From Candidatus Bathyarchaeota archaeon (GTDB lineage: Archaea > Thermoproteota > Bathyarchaeia > TCS64), in NCBI GenBank assembly GCA_043826455.1, contig JBDRQD010000031.1, positions 1 through 48,702 of the forward strand: a stretch of 48,702 nt of DNA, written 5' to 3'. A program made the translations under genes and the position numbers. Under the pieces are notes generated by a model. It was not told the origin of the DNA. It ran no database searches and was given only the letters and a program-made list of their open reading frames with translations. Each line of letters begins with the position of its first letter. Position 1 is the first letter of the stretch. Positions 19,201 through 28,289 of the stretch are shown piece by piece.

Positions 19201-19641
19201 GTCGGGGTACCTTTTACCGAACATGTCTATGCGGCTACCATCGATGACAGCCACCCTGAACTGGGGGGCCTTGTCCGCGATGTGTTCGCGTTTTAGGTAT
19301 GGTTCCGCCTTCTCTGGGTGTTTTGATAGGTAATATAATAGGAGGAGGGTATGGCTCTTGCCTCCACCCATACCCACCTGGAGGTTGTGGATGCTTTGGG
19401 CCTTCTCGCCTTTCATGCGGCGGGTTACGGCTTTGAGGAGGTTTCGCATGGAGTCTGTGAAGTGGGTTCGACGGTAGAAGCCTTCAGGGTCGAGGTAGCG
19501 GGGGTCCACATCGACCTTGGTTCCGAGTTCGAGACGCTCCCAGATGGCGCCCATGCTTACCACGAAGCTGTCTTCGGTTACGTTGCCTGCAGCGACCTCG
19601 GGGTAGGGGTTGAGGGTCTGCCAGACGGGTTTGATTGTCAT
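16234..19641 (-). CDS. DUF499 family AAA+ ATPase with C-terminal beta-rich repeats
   Basis: FYRRTHFT, Walker A GMGGGKSH, Walker B LILIDE, YPFHP, RNYKNTVYFL. Confidence 0.88.
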   Translation of the reverse strand: MTIKPVWQTLNPYPEVAAGNVTEDSFVVSMGAIWERLELGTKVDVDPRYLDPEGFYRRTHFTDSMRNLLKAVTRRMKGEKAQSIHNLQVGMGGGKSHTLLLLYYLSKHPEKAEPYLKREHIADKAPQFRVAVIDGSRIDMFGKRYPDGTQVNTLWGVLFKALDTYEKYREIDTLGQAPSVTTLKEVLQSEPTLILIDEPTIYIQNIMGNQRHISVLQAFLQNLTAAVTETQGCALVVTAPTGIYEDARRLISAVLNRYSEPTIIATPREYKSVRRHALYTDDFDALTQTINETARGYQELYSRHLPKRAANSDQAIKDNYPFHPFVDQTLGKLKEDPAFQQIRDELRFLASLIYSVHKARDPYADLITVGHARLEDGYVRGGTIGKLKNPILVSQLDTELEERMTQIPEAIRPTAMKALATIVLNSLTATGPQQQGVTEEEAKYAILSPSSNPALIPEALKEIRTKLWFVDLSGDRYVFGRTNINKLIDEYMRRVENDPRQAGLWWNEIQRELNFWKTSALTHYRKQASGKRPLWDERSLHIWVHRSDEIPDTPTLQLILADYTVAANGTGKTRAASSPDEACDAVRDLYQSYGGTPRNYKNTVYFLVAGRPEDILSGPVRLAKELMALDAMVKDKDELRVKVGEEGIKQIDHLRAMARSGLAPSCPSAYQWLVYPSSSGLTAMQLGAERMLTENILSLVEDRLRTQAKKIVEQISPDTLLDRYWPKGSTKPEVRAIIEGFYRRPEIEVITDRAVAMKAIQDAVAEGKAAYSYGAELIFGKPPGPIRDEGLVIRDPEVSQVVIRAEDEAGTPVPLTIWVDKREAKATPSTIEDLVDRVHTINPAIPEGLVFEGWTDGSMEQERMITWDRDDEYIIKVARKARPPAEDVQLTIDAVNIKSGESMDVTVIIDNQPYKTRQPVLLAKDRQHTVRVETPKGMAFERWSDGHLNQTRTVTLDIDQQLQARFTPLTPGQRLIDGSKPVAEAAADLQALLGTQTREAKLAITTSYQDCSRHLGALMMLQQQPYTVELSAQAEKGKPLESLRVSVQAASDKQGELRSLITQLREYLDKVEVTLTKREQEFKPLREILSEEALKQVAKMPGNLTYRLIAMEDTALPEPTRSLQSALEEFKKVKQ

Positions 19642-19649
19642 GTTACTTG

Positions 19650-19690
19650 AATAATAATTTAAACTCGGTTAAGAGATATTCCCTGATCCA
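19650..19690. promoter_or_regulatory. Compact divergent promoter between DUF499 and DUF1156 MTase 1
   Basis: Only 50 bp between the divergent starts; contains TTTAAA at 19658-19663. Confidence 0.55.
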
Positions 19691-19691
19691 G

Positions 19692-22553
19692 TTGAAGGAG
19701 CTTCTTATTGAGAAGTGGTTTCCAATCCACGAGGCTAGCATTGAGAGTGGGAGGGAGCGGAGCTTTGCGTACATGCCGCCTCTTCACATCCTTCATTTGT
19801 GGTGGGCTCGGCGCCCTCTTACTGTTTCACGGATCGCCTCCGTTCTTGCTGCCCTCCCCTCCGATTCCTACAACCCAGAGGACTATAGGAAGCTTCTTTA
19901 CGCGATGGGGCTGCGAGGCGACCCTGTCAAGGCGGTTAGTGGAAGAGGCGACGGTAAGAGGAGCTTCAGCTACCCCGTCTTTGAGGGCGTCAACCCCACC
20001 GCGGCTTCATACATGGTTAAGGCGAGAGAGCTTTGGGGCCGTCTGCCTACGGGCGCCGACTACATGGCCGGAGGCGGCAGCATACCCTTCGAAATGAGCC
20101 GCTCTGGGTACGGTTCAGTAGTGGCTGGAGACCTAAATCCTGTAGCCTATATTATTATGAAGGCAGGGCTTGAGTATCCGGCTCGTTACGGTGAGAGACT
20201 CGTCCATGATGTGGAGAGGTACGGAAAGCTGGTGTTGTCACAGCTTCGGGAGAAGGTAGTGCAGTATTACCCTAAATATGCTGGGATTCAGCCTGCTAAT
20301 TATGTCTGGGTGAAGACCTTCCGGTGTCCCGAGTGCGGCTGTGAGGTCCCCGCCGTTAAGCAGCCGGTGATCGATAGGGTGAACAACGTCGCCCTCTACC
20401 CGAGGGTTGAAGGTGAGGAGATAAGGCTTCATGTTGTCAAGGTCACAGATGCGGGGAATGGGCAGCTGCAGGTGGCTGAGGGGCCTTACAGGGGTGAGGA
20501 GTATGACGCTGGTGGCTACGTTCAGCGGGGCGTGTTGGAGTGTCCCCTGCATAGGCACACGGTGAGCGGGGAGGAGTCGAAGCGCCAGTACAGGGAGCAC
20601 CTTGTAGAGTGTGAAGCGGAGGGTTATTATGGGGGCCACCCCGCCGTCCTCGTAGCAGCCGTTTATAAAGGTAGAGAGTTCGCCGAGCCCACTCCTGAGA
20701 TGGTAGAAGGATACAGGCTGGCTGAGAGAGATCTGAGGGACCGATGGGAAGAATATCTTGCAGAGGACCTTATCCCAACTGAATCTATTCCTATAGGCGA
20801 GAAAACAGGTGAACCCCTTAATAATGGAATAAGTAAATGGTACGGACTCTTTAATGCTCGTCAACTCATCGCCCATGCCGAGCTGGTCCGCCTCATCCGC
20901 GAGACAAGATTAAGGGTGGCAGAAGATGAGAGGCGGAAGGGGCGAAGCCCGGAGGAGGCAGAGGAGTACGGCAACGCTGTGGCCACATACCTAACACTTG
21001 CACTCGGAAAAACGGTTGATTATAATTCAATACTTACAGCGTGGGATATTGCTCAAGGTTCAATTGCTCATACATTCGACTCCCATGCCTTCGCCTGGAC
21101 CTGGGACCATGCAGAAGGAGACATGATGAATGATCGAACCGGATATAGTTGGTGTATTAAAAATACACTAAAAGCACTAAAGGGGCTAGTGAAAAGGAAA
21201 GCTGCCCCAGTTACTGTCACTGTTGGTGACGCAGCCTCTCCTGAGATGGTTCCTGAGGGCGGCTTCGATGTAATCATCACTGATCCGCCCTACTATGGTA
21301 ATGTCCAGTATGCTGAGATCAGTGATTATTTCTACGTCTGGTTTAAGAGGGCCCTCCGCGACGCATATCCTGAAGCCTTCAAGGCAGTCGAGGCCCCTAA
21401 GCAGGAGGAGGCCGTCGCCAACCGTGTGCGACACGGTGGGGCAAGGCTCGCGGACACCCACTACGAGGACAAGATGACCCAGATATTCACCGCCATGAAC
21501 CACGCACTCGTCCCTGAGGGCGCCTTCGTCCTATGGTTTGCCCACAAAGCAGGGGCAGCGTGGAGCAGCACCATCAACGCCCTCCTCAACAGCGGCTTCA
21601 CCATAACCGCCTTATGGGGCGTCCGAGCCGAGATGGAGCGCAGCCTCCACATCACAGGCAAGGCCAGCCTCAAGACCAACATCCTACTGGTTTGCCGTAA
21701 ACGCGAGGGAGGAGACGGCTTCCTCCAGGACGCCCTCCATAAACTCGAAGCCACCCTGGAGCCCAGACTACAGGAACTAGAGTCCTACGGCATCACGGGC
21801 CCAGACTTCGTCATGGGCGCCCAAGCTGAAGCCTTACGGATCGCCAGTCAGAGCTGGCCCCTCAGGGACCCCGAGGGCAAGCTCACGGGGCAGGAGATGC
21901 TCGACTACGTCGTTGACCAGGCCACCGGCCTCGCAGCCAGCTACCTCACCCGCAAGATAGCCCCACAGATTGTGGGCGTAGACGCCCCCACCAAGTTCTA
22001 CGTCCTTGCTAGGCACCTCTACGGCGACTCCGTCCCATACGACGACGCCCGTCGCCTGGCCCTCGCCTGTACAGGCGCAACGGGCGTAGGCGACCCTGTG
22101 ATTGATGTCGCTGTCGCCACTGGTCTCGGAGAACTAACATCCGTAACCGTCTCCGGCGCACGTGACAAGGTACTCGAACTCACTCCACCGTGGACTAGGG
22201 CCAGAAAGGGCAAGCTCAGCCCCACAGATAAGAGCCCAGCCATAGACTGGATACATCAGGCAATCACAAACCTACAGGAGGGAGGTAGTATGGACAAGGC
22301 AGCTGAACACTTGGCTCGCGCAGGCGGAGCAGTGTGTGACATCCTTAAGGCCTTGTACGAGGTTCTCCCTGACAATGTGACCGAGGGCAGGAAGGCTGTT
22401 AAGAACATGGAGAAGGAGCATGTGCAGACCCTTCTCCTCACCGTCTGCCAGGAGGGACTTCACTTCCAAGCTCGGAGACGCCTCGCTGCTGAGCAGGCTC
22501 AGAGACGCATGACAGACTATGCCGAGGCGAATCCACGCACGCGGAGAGGCTAA
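19692..22553 (+). CDS. DUF1156 family adenine-specific DNA methyltransferase (copy 1)
   Basis: LHLWWARRPL, motif I DYMAGGGSIP, CPEC, motif IV TDPPYY, WFAHK; start TTG19692 by alignment with copy 2. Confidence 0.92.
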   Translation: MKELLIEKWFPIHEASIESGRERSFAYMPPLHILHLWWARRPLTVSRIASVLAALPSDSYNPEDYRKLLYAMGLRGDPVKAVSGRGDGKRSFSYPVFEGVNPTAASYMVKARELWGRLPTGADYMAGGGSIPFEMSRSGYGSVVAGDLNPVAYIIMKAGLEYPARYGERLVHDVERYGKLVLSQLREKVVQYYPKYAGIQPANYVWVKTFRCPECGCEVPAVKQPVIDRVNNVALYPRVEGEEIRLHVVKVTDAGNGQLQVAEGPYRGEEYDAGGYVQRGVLECPLHRHTVSGEESKRQYREHLVECEAEGYYGGHPAVLVAAVYKGREFAEPTPEMVEGYRLAERDLRDRWEEYLAEDLIPTESIPIGEKTGEPLNNGISKWYGLFNARQLIAHAELVRLIRETRLRVAEDERRKGRSPEEAEEYGNAVATYLTLALGKTVDYNSILTAWDIAQGSIAHTFDSHAFAWTWDHAEGDMMNDRTGYSWCIKNTLKALKGLVKRKAAPVTVTVGDAASPEMVPEGGFDVIITDPPYYGNVQYAEISDYFYVWFKRALRDAYPEAFKAVEAPKQEEAVANRVRHGGARLADTHYEDKMTQIFTAMNHALVPEGAFVLWFAHKAGAAWSSTINALLNSGFTITALWGVRAEMERSLHITGKASLKTNILLVCRKREGGDGFLQDALHKLEATLEPRLQELESYGITGPDFVMGAQAEALRIASQSWPLRDPEGKLTGQEMLDYVVDQATGLAASYLTRKIAPQIVGVDAPTKFYVLARHLYGDSVPYDDARRLALACTGATGVGDPVIDVAVATGLGELTSVTVSGARDKVLELTPPWTRARKGKLSPTDKSPAIDWIHQAITNLQEGGSMDKAAEHLARAGGAVCDILKALYEVLPDNVTEGRKAVKNMEKEHVQTLLLTVCQEGLHFQARRRLAAEQAQRRMTDYAEANPRTRRG

Positions 22554-22683
22554 AGCTGTATAATTCTAGATCCATGAACCCGACCTCGAGGATCGCGCAA
22601 GATATAGGTAGAGGATCTCCTAGACGGGTATGAGGTTCGGAATAATGTTTTAAAGAAATTTAAGACATATTAGTTGATTCGCT

Positions 22684-25600
22684 TTGAAGGAACTCCTCAT
22701 AGAGAAGTGGTTCCCGGTAAACGAGGCCAGTATTGAGAGTAGTAGAGAGAGGGCAGGGGCGAATATGATGCCGCCTTTATATTATCTTCATCTGTGGTGG
22801 AGCAGGAAACCGCTTGCTGCTTCGAGGATAGCAGCTGTGTTGGCAGCACTCCCCGCCGACGCCTACGGTAAAGATGACTTCAAGAAGCTCCTCTCGGCAA
22901 TGGGGCTCAGAGGGGATCCAATCAAAGTTCTTGAGTCTGGGGAGAGAAAGTTCCCTTACAAGATCTTCGAGGGCCAAAACCCTAACTCGACACTGTACAT
23001 GGGGAAGGCTGTGGAGCACTGGGGTAGGAAGCCCGTGGGAGCCGACTTCATGGCTGGCGGTGGCAGCATCCCCTTCGAGATGGCCCGCTCTGGATATGGC
23101 GAGGTTGTCGCGGGAGAGTACAACCCGGTCGCCTACCTGGTCCTCAAAGCAGCGGTGGAGTACCCTGTGAGATACGGGGAGAGGCTCGTTCGGGACGTTG
23201 AGCAGTACGGGAAACAGGTACTCAGGGAGCTCAGGGAGAAGGTCAGGGAGTTCTACCCTCCCCACCCAGCGGGCCAGCCAGTGAACTACGTCTGGGTCCG
23301 CTACTTCCGTTGTCCAGCGTGTGGATGTGAGGTCCCCAGCCTCATAAGCCTTCAGCTGGACCGAGTTAAAGGCTATGCTTTCTGTCCTGAAATTAAGGGT
23401 GACAGGACTGAGCTCAGAGTTGTAAAAGTCGAGGTGCTCGAGAAGATCAAGGTTGGTAATAAAAATGAGGCTCGTGTCAGGGTCACTGAGGGAAGGCTCA
23501 AGGGTACTGTATTCGATACGACCGGATACGTGAACAGAGGAGTTATCGAGTGCCCAATCCATAGGCATACAATAGAGTCAGAAGAGGTGAAACGTCAGTA
23601 CCGGGTACACCTTGAGGAGAGGATGCGCAAGGGTTATCATTGCAGCCACCCGGCAAGGCTAGCGGCTGTCGTCTACAAGGGGAGAGATTACGCTGAGCCC
23701 ACCTCCGAGATGATCAAAGCATACGAGGACGCTGAGGAGCACCTTAAAGATAGCTGGTCAAAACTTCTTACAGAGAATCTAATCCCAATAGAGATGATTA
23801 ACGAAGGTGAAAAAACAACCGAGCCCATCCGATATGGAATCTCATTCTGGGCTGATCTGTTCAATGCCCGTCAGCTCCTTGTTCACGCTGAACTTGTCCG
23901 CCTAATACGCGAGATACCTAAGCAGGTTGCAGCGAACGAGGAGAGGAAGGGAAGCCCGCATATGGAGGCCGAGGAATACGGGAAAGCAATCGCCACTTAC
24001 TTAACACTTGCCTTCGGTAAAGATCTTGATTATAATTCGATTATAACTGGATGGGATAGATCGCAAGGTTCAATCAATAATACATTTAAACAGCATAACT
24101 TTGGTTGGACATGGGAATATGGCGAAGGAGACCAAATACACGAAAAGACCGGATATGATTGGTGTCTTAAAAATTCATTAAAAGCTCTCAAAGGTTTATT
24201 GAAAAGAACGAATGCCAATATCAGAATAAATACCATAATTGGCGATGCCTCAAAGCTCAACTCATTAAACCATTATTTCGACATTATCATCACAGATCCA
24301 CCATACTATGGAAGTATACAGTATGGAGAGCTAAGCGATTATTTCTATGTCTGGTGGAAGAGAGCCATCGGTGACGCCTACCCTGAAGCCTTTATGACGT
24401 TGGACACCCCCAAGACGGATGAAGCTGTTGCTAACCGTGTCCGCCACGGCAGCCCCAAACTCAGCCACGCTGCCTACGAGAAGAAGATGGCTGAGATATT
24501 CACCAACCATTATCATATGCTTCGTAACGAAGGTATCTTCGCACTTTGGTTCGCCCATAAAGCAGGAGCGGCCTGGAGCAGCACCATCCACGCCCTCCTC
24601 AACAGTGGCTTTACAATCACAGCCCTCTGGGGAGTACGCACAGAAATGGAGCACAGCCTCCACATATCTGGTAAAGCAGCCTTACGCACCAACATTCTCA
24701 TGACCTGCCGCAAACGCCAAGAATCAGGCGGCTACCTACAGGATGTCCTCCACCAGCTCGATAACCAGGTCGAGTCCCGCCTTCAGGAGCTCGAGGAGTA
24801 TGGCCTAGTAGGCCCAGACTTCATAATGGCAGCACAAGCCGAAGCCCTCAAAGCCGCCAGCAGCCGCTGGCCCCTCCGCGACCCCGAGGGCAAGCTCACC
24901 CCCATGGAGATGCTCGACCACGCCATGGACTACGCCATCGGCCAGGCAACCAACTACATCACAAGTAAGGTCGCCCCCCAGATCACAGGAGTAGACGCCC
25001 CAACTAAGTTCTATGTCCTAGCCAAGTACCTCTACGGCAAATCCATCCCATACGACGACGCCCGCCGCATCGCCTAGCCTGTACAGGCACATCATCCACA
25101 GGCGACCCTGTCAAAGAGATAGCCGTCGACACAGGCCTCGCAGCCATGAAGAAGCAGCAGCTAGACGGCTCACCGGCAGCCCTATTAGAGTTCCACGCCC
25201 CATGGGACCGGGCGAGGGAGGGTCGCATACCCAAACAGCCCACAACTATTGACTGCATCCACGAGGCCATTGCAGCCCTCGAGGACACTGGCTCCACCAA
25301 CAAGGCGGCTGAGGCCCTAGCCCCCGCTGGCGGAGCGGCCTGCGAGGTCCTGAAGGCCCTTTACCAGGTACTACCAGACCAGCTTAAGAAGGGGCGCACA
25401 ACAACTAAGAACCTTGAGAAAGAGCACGTCCAGACCCTCCTCCTCACCGTCTGCCAGGAAGGGCTCCACATACAAGCGGGTAGACGCCTAGCTGAGGAGC
25501 AGGCTCAGAGACGTATGACCGACTACACCGAGGCCGAGCCCGATCCCAAGAAATATGACCCTATACTGGACGCCTTCCAGAAGAGCGAGCACAGATACGT

Positions 25601-25733
25601 GAAAGTAGAGGTCAAGGGCACAGACCCCCAGACCATCCACAAGATCCTAGCGGAGAGAATAAAGGCCAGAAACCTAACATCCAAGATAGCCGTATCACTC
25701 ATAGGCGGCACAGTGTACCTGGAGAAGACCTGA
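22684..25733 (+). pseudogene. DUF1156 methyltransferase copy 2, split by a 1-bp deletion at ~25074 (pseudogene or sequencing error)
   Basis: LHLWWSRKPL, DFMAGGGSIP, TDPPYY in 22684-25077; homology to copy 1 resumes in the shifted frame (LACTG...GDPV) and runs to 25733. Confidence 0.88.
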
Positions 25734-25734
25734 C

Positions 25735-26184
25735 ATGAGCACCCTAACATCAGCCATATTCGCCGAGTTCGAGGCCCTTAACGAGCTCACCAAACTCTAC
25801 GAGGACACCCACCATGTCAAGGCCGAGAGGATGAGGATCATCGAGTTCATGCGGAAAGCATATCACTCAGAAACCAAGCTCCACCCCACCATCCTGGTGC
25901 TTACAGGCTTACCTAACATCTTGGACTCACCACACACCGAGGACACTGAGCCAATCCAGCTCTTAATATCCTCGGTTAGGAAGCTGAGCAGAGAGACCGT
26001 CCTCCTTATATACGCCGACAAACTGGAGTGGAGCCCATCAAGCCGCACCACCATAAACGTGGACGGCATAACTATACACGTCTCAGAGATCGACATCCCA
26101 GGCACTACAGCCCTCAAATCAAGGATAAAACTAGGAACAGCTAGAGGCAGAAGAAAAGACAACTTCATCAAAGTCAACTGGTAG
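25735..26184 (+). CDS. Hypothetical protein (149 aa)
   Basis: ATG 1 nt after the MTase 2 stop; no recognised motif. Confidence 0.6.
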   Translation: MSTLTSAIFAEFEALNELTKLYEDTHHVKAERMRIIEFMRKAYHSETKLHPTILVLTGLPNILDSPHTEDTEPIQLLISSVRKLSRETVLLIYADKLEWSPSSRTTINVDGITIHVSEIDIPGTTALKSRIKLGTARGRRKDNFIKVNW

Positions 26185-26245
26185 AAAAATAAAGCAAGGG
26201 CTTCACAGAGTTAAATTTATTTAACCTTAAAACTCTAAACATCCA

Positions 26246-27742
26246 ATGACTCAACTCACTTTTTACGGCGGAATAAACGAGATAGGAGGTAATAAGATAC
26301 TTCTTGAAGACCGCGACACACGGATTCTTCTCGACTTCGGCATGAGCTTCAAACAGAGCGGCCTGTACTTCAGCGAGTTCCTACAACCTCGCAAATGCAA
26401 TGGGATAGGAGACTTCCTAGCGACCGGGCTCCTTCCCGAAATACCCGGAATTTATCGCGAGGACTACCTCCGACACATGGGCCGAGATCAAGAGGAGCAA
26501 AGCGTAGACGCTGTAATCATCAGCCACGCCCACATGGATCACATTGCCTACATTAACCACCTTAGACGAGAAATCAAGCTCCTCATGACACCAGGCACTC
26601 ACGCCATCCTCACAGCCATACAACGAACAAGTCAATCCAGCTTCGATGATTATCTCGTCTACAGTCCTAGCTTCGAGCTTCGCCCCAAGAAACGCGGAGA
26701 GGGTTATACCAAATCAGAGGGCGAATCTGTCTCAAGATCACTCGACATAGTCTCACAGATGGAAGATCATCGGATCGGCGACATCACTGTTATACCCCTT
26801 GAGGTCGACCACAGCGTCCCTGGTGCAGCAAGCTGGCTTGTATACACCTCTGAGGGAACCGTCCTCTACACCGGCGACCTCAGGTTTCACGGATACCTCG
26901 GCGAAAAGACAAACGAAATGGTTAGAAAGGCAGTAGAGGAAGGCGTCGACCTGCTCATCACCGAGGGCACACGCGTGGATCAATCAGAAGGGACCACCGA
27001 AGAGGACGTTCATAGTAACGCCTCCCGAATAATTGGAGAAACGCCCGGCCTTGCCGTCGTCAACTTCCCTCCCCGCGACCTCGCCAGGTTCCTTACCTTT
27101 TATAGGATCGCTGAAGCCACGAATAGAAAGCTGATAATAGGATTCAAACAGGCCGCTCTCATCGAAGAATACCACAAGGTGGATCAAACCTTCCCCTCAA
27201 TAGACGATCCTAGCATCCTGCTCTACGCGGAGCGAAAGGAGTGGGGCACCGCTGGCAGAGAAGGTTTACCCTCAAATATTCAGGGCATGTGCATCCCGGG
27301 AGAGGTTTGCAAGCAAGACTACAAGATATGGGAAAGAGAGTACCTCCAAAAAGACAACTGCGTATGCTTCAGCGACCTAACCAACCATTCAGAGTACATG
27401 TTCTACTGCAACTACTTCCAACTCAACGAACTAATAGACATAAAACCCACAAATGGAAGCGTGTATATACGAAGCATAACCGAACCCTTCGACGAGGAGA
27501 TGACTCTTGACGCTCGACGTATAGACAACTGGCTCAATCTATTCAGTCTGACCCAGTATGGTAGAAGATCAGAGGATGGGCTTCACGCATCAGGTCATGC
27601 AACTGGCCCTGAAATAAGAGACATGGTATTGGAGATCGACCCGCGAATCATTGTACCTATCCACACCGAGCACCCTGAGGCGTTTAGCTCAATGAGCCAA
27701 AACGTCGTAGTTGTCGAAAAAAACGGGAGTCTAACCCTCTAG
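26246..27742 (+). CDS. MBL/beta-CASP nuclease, RNase J-like
   Basis: GGINEIGGN, LLDFG, SHAHMDH, VDHS, YTGD, HASGHA, PIHTEH. Confidence 0.88.
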   Translation: MTQLTFYGGINEIGGNKILLEDRDTRILLDFGMSFKQSGLYFSEFLQPRKCNGIGDFLATGLLPEIPGIYREDYLRHMGRDQEEQSVDAVIISHAHMDHIAYINHLRREIKLLMTPGTHAILTAIQRTSQSSFDDYLVYSPSFELRPKKRGEGYTKSEGESVSRSLDIVSQMEDHRIGDITVIPLEVDHSVPGAASWLVYTSEGTVLYTGDLRFHGYLGEKTNEMVRKAVEEGVDLLITEGTRVDQSEGTTEEDVHSNASRIIGETPGLAVVNFPPRDLARFLTFYRIAEATNRKLIIGFKQAALIEEYHKVDQTFPSIDDPSILLYAERKEWGTAGREGLPSNIQGMCIPGEVCKQDYKIWEREYLQKDNCVCFSDLTNHSEYMFYCNYFQLNELIDIKPTNGSVYIRSITEPFDEEMTLDARRIDNWLNLFSLTQYGRRSEDGLHASGHATGPEIRDMVLEIDPRIIVPIHTEHPEAFSSMSQNVVVVEKNGSLTL

Positions 27743-27842
27743 ACTTCAAGTGCCTTTAATTATGCTCAAAGAAGTAAATAGGGCTCCAAGGGCGATTATT
27801 CTATGATTTTATTTTATAAACCAGTAATGCTTAAACAAGACC

Positions 27843-28235
27843 ATGATGGAGAAGAAAGAACTAGATCCGATAGAACTTTTCATAGACAAGCTCGCCTCCA
27901 GAGCATTCTACGGTTACGCAGGAGAGAAACCTCTTGTCATCCTAGCAGCTATAGAAACCTCCAGTGGCATAATGCGAGAGAACCAGCTTGCCCTAAGCGA
28001 AGTTCTAAGATCACCCATCCTTGGAAAACAGATCAAGAGAGCTTTCATAAACTTAGCACGGAGAACTAGTAAACTTAAAGATCCTGAATCTTCTTGGGGC
28101 AACGTTGTTACCACGAATGAAGAACTTCTCATCATCCTTAAAGAGAAAAAAAGTGTAGACGAGGCATTCAGAACAATGACTAAGGAAAGAACCGATAAAA
28201 TTATTAGAAAATATTACACCAAGCTGGGCTTATAG
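27843..28235 (+). CDS. Hypothetical protein (130 aa)
   Basis: ORF with TTTATAAA ~25 nt upstream. Confidence 0.55.
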   Translation: MMEKKELDPIELFIDKLASRAFYGYAGEKPLVILAAIETSSGIMRENQLALSEVLRSPILGKQIKRAFINLARRTSKLKDPESSWGNVVTTNEELLIILKEKKSVDEAFRTMTKERTDKIIRKYYTKLGL

Positions 28236-28289
28236 TTAATACCAAAGATAAATCGAAGCTAATAATATTTCACTTGAAAAAAAATTGTA

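Noticed and set aside
25075..25077. Amber (pyrrolysine) readthrough or phase variation in MTase 2
   Set aside because: Homology continues in a different frame, not in frame, and there is no simple-sequence repeat or slippery site.
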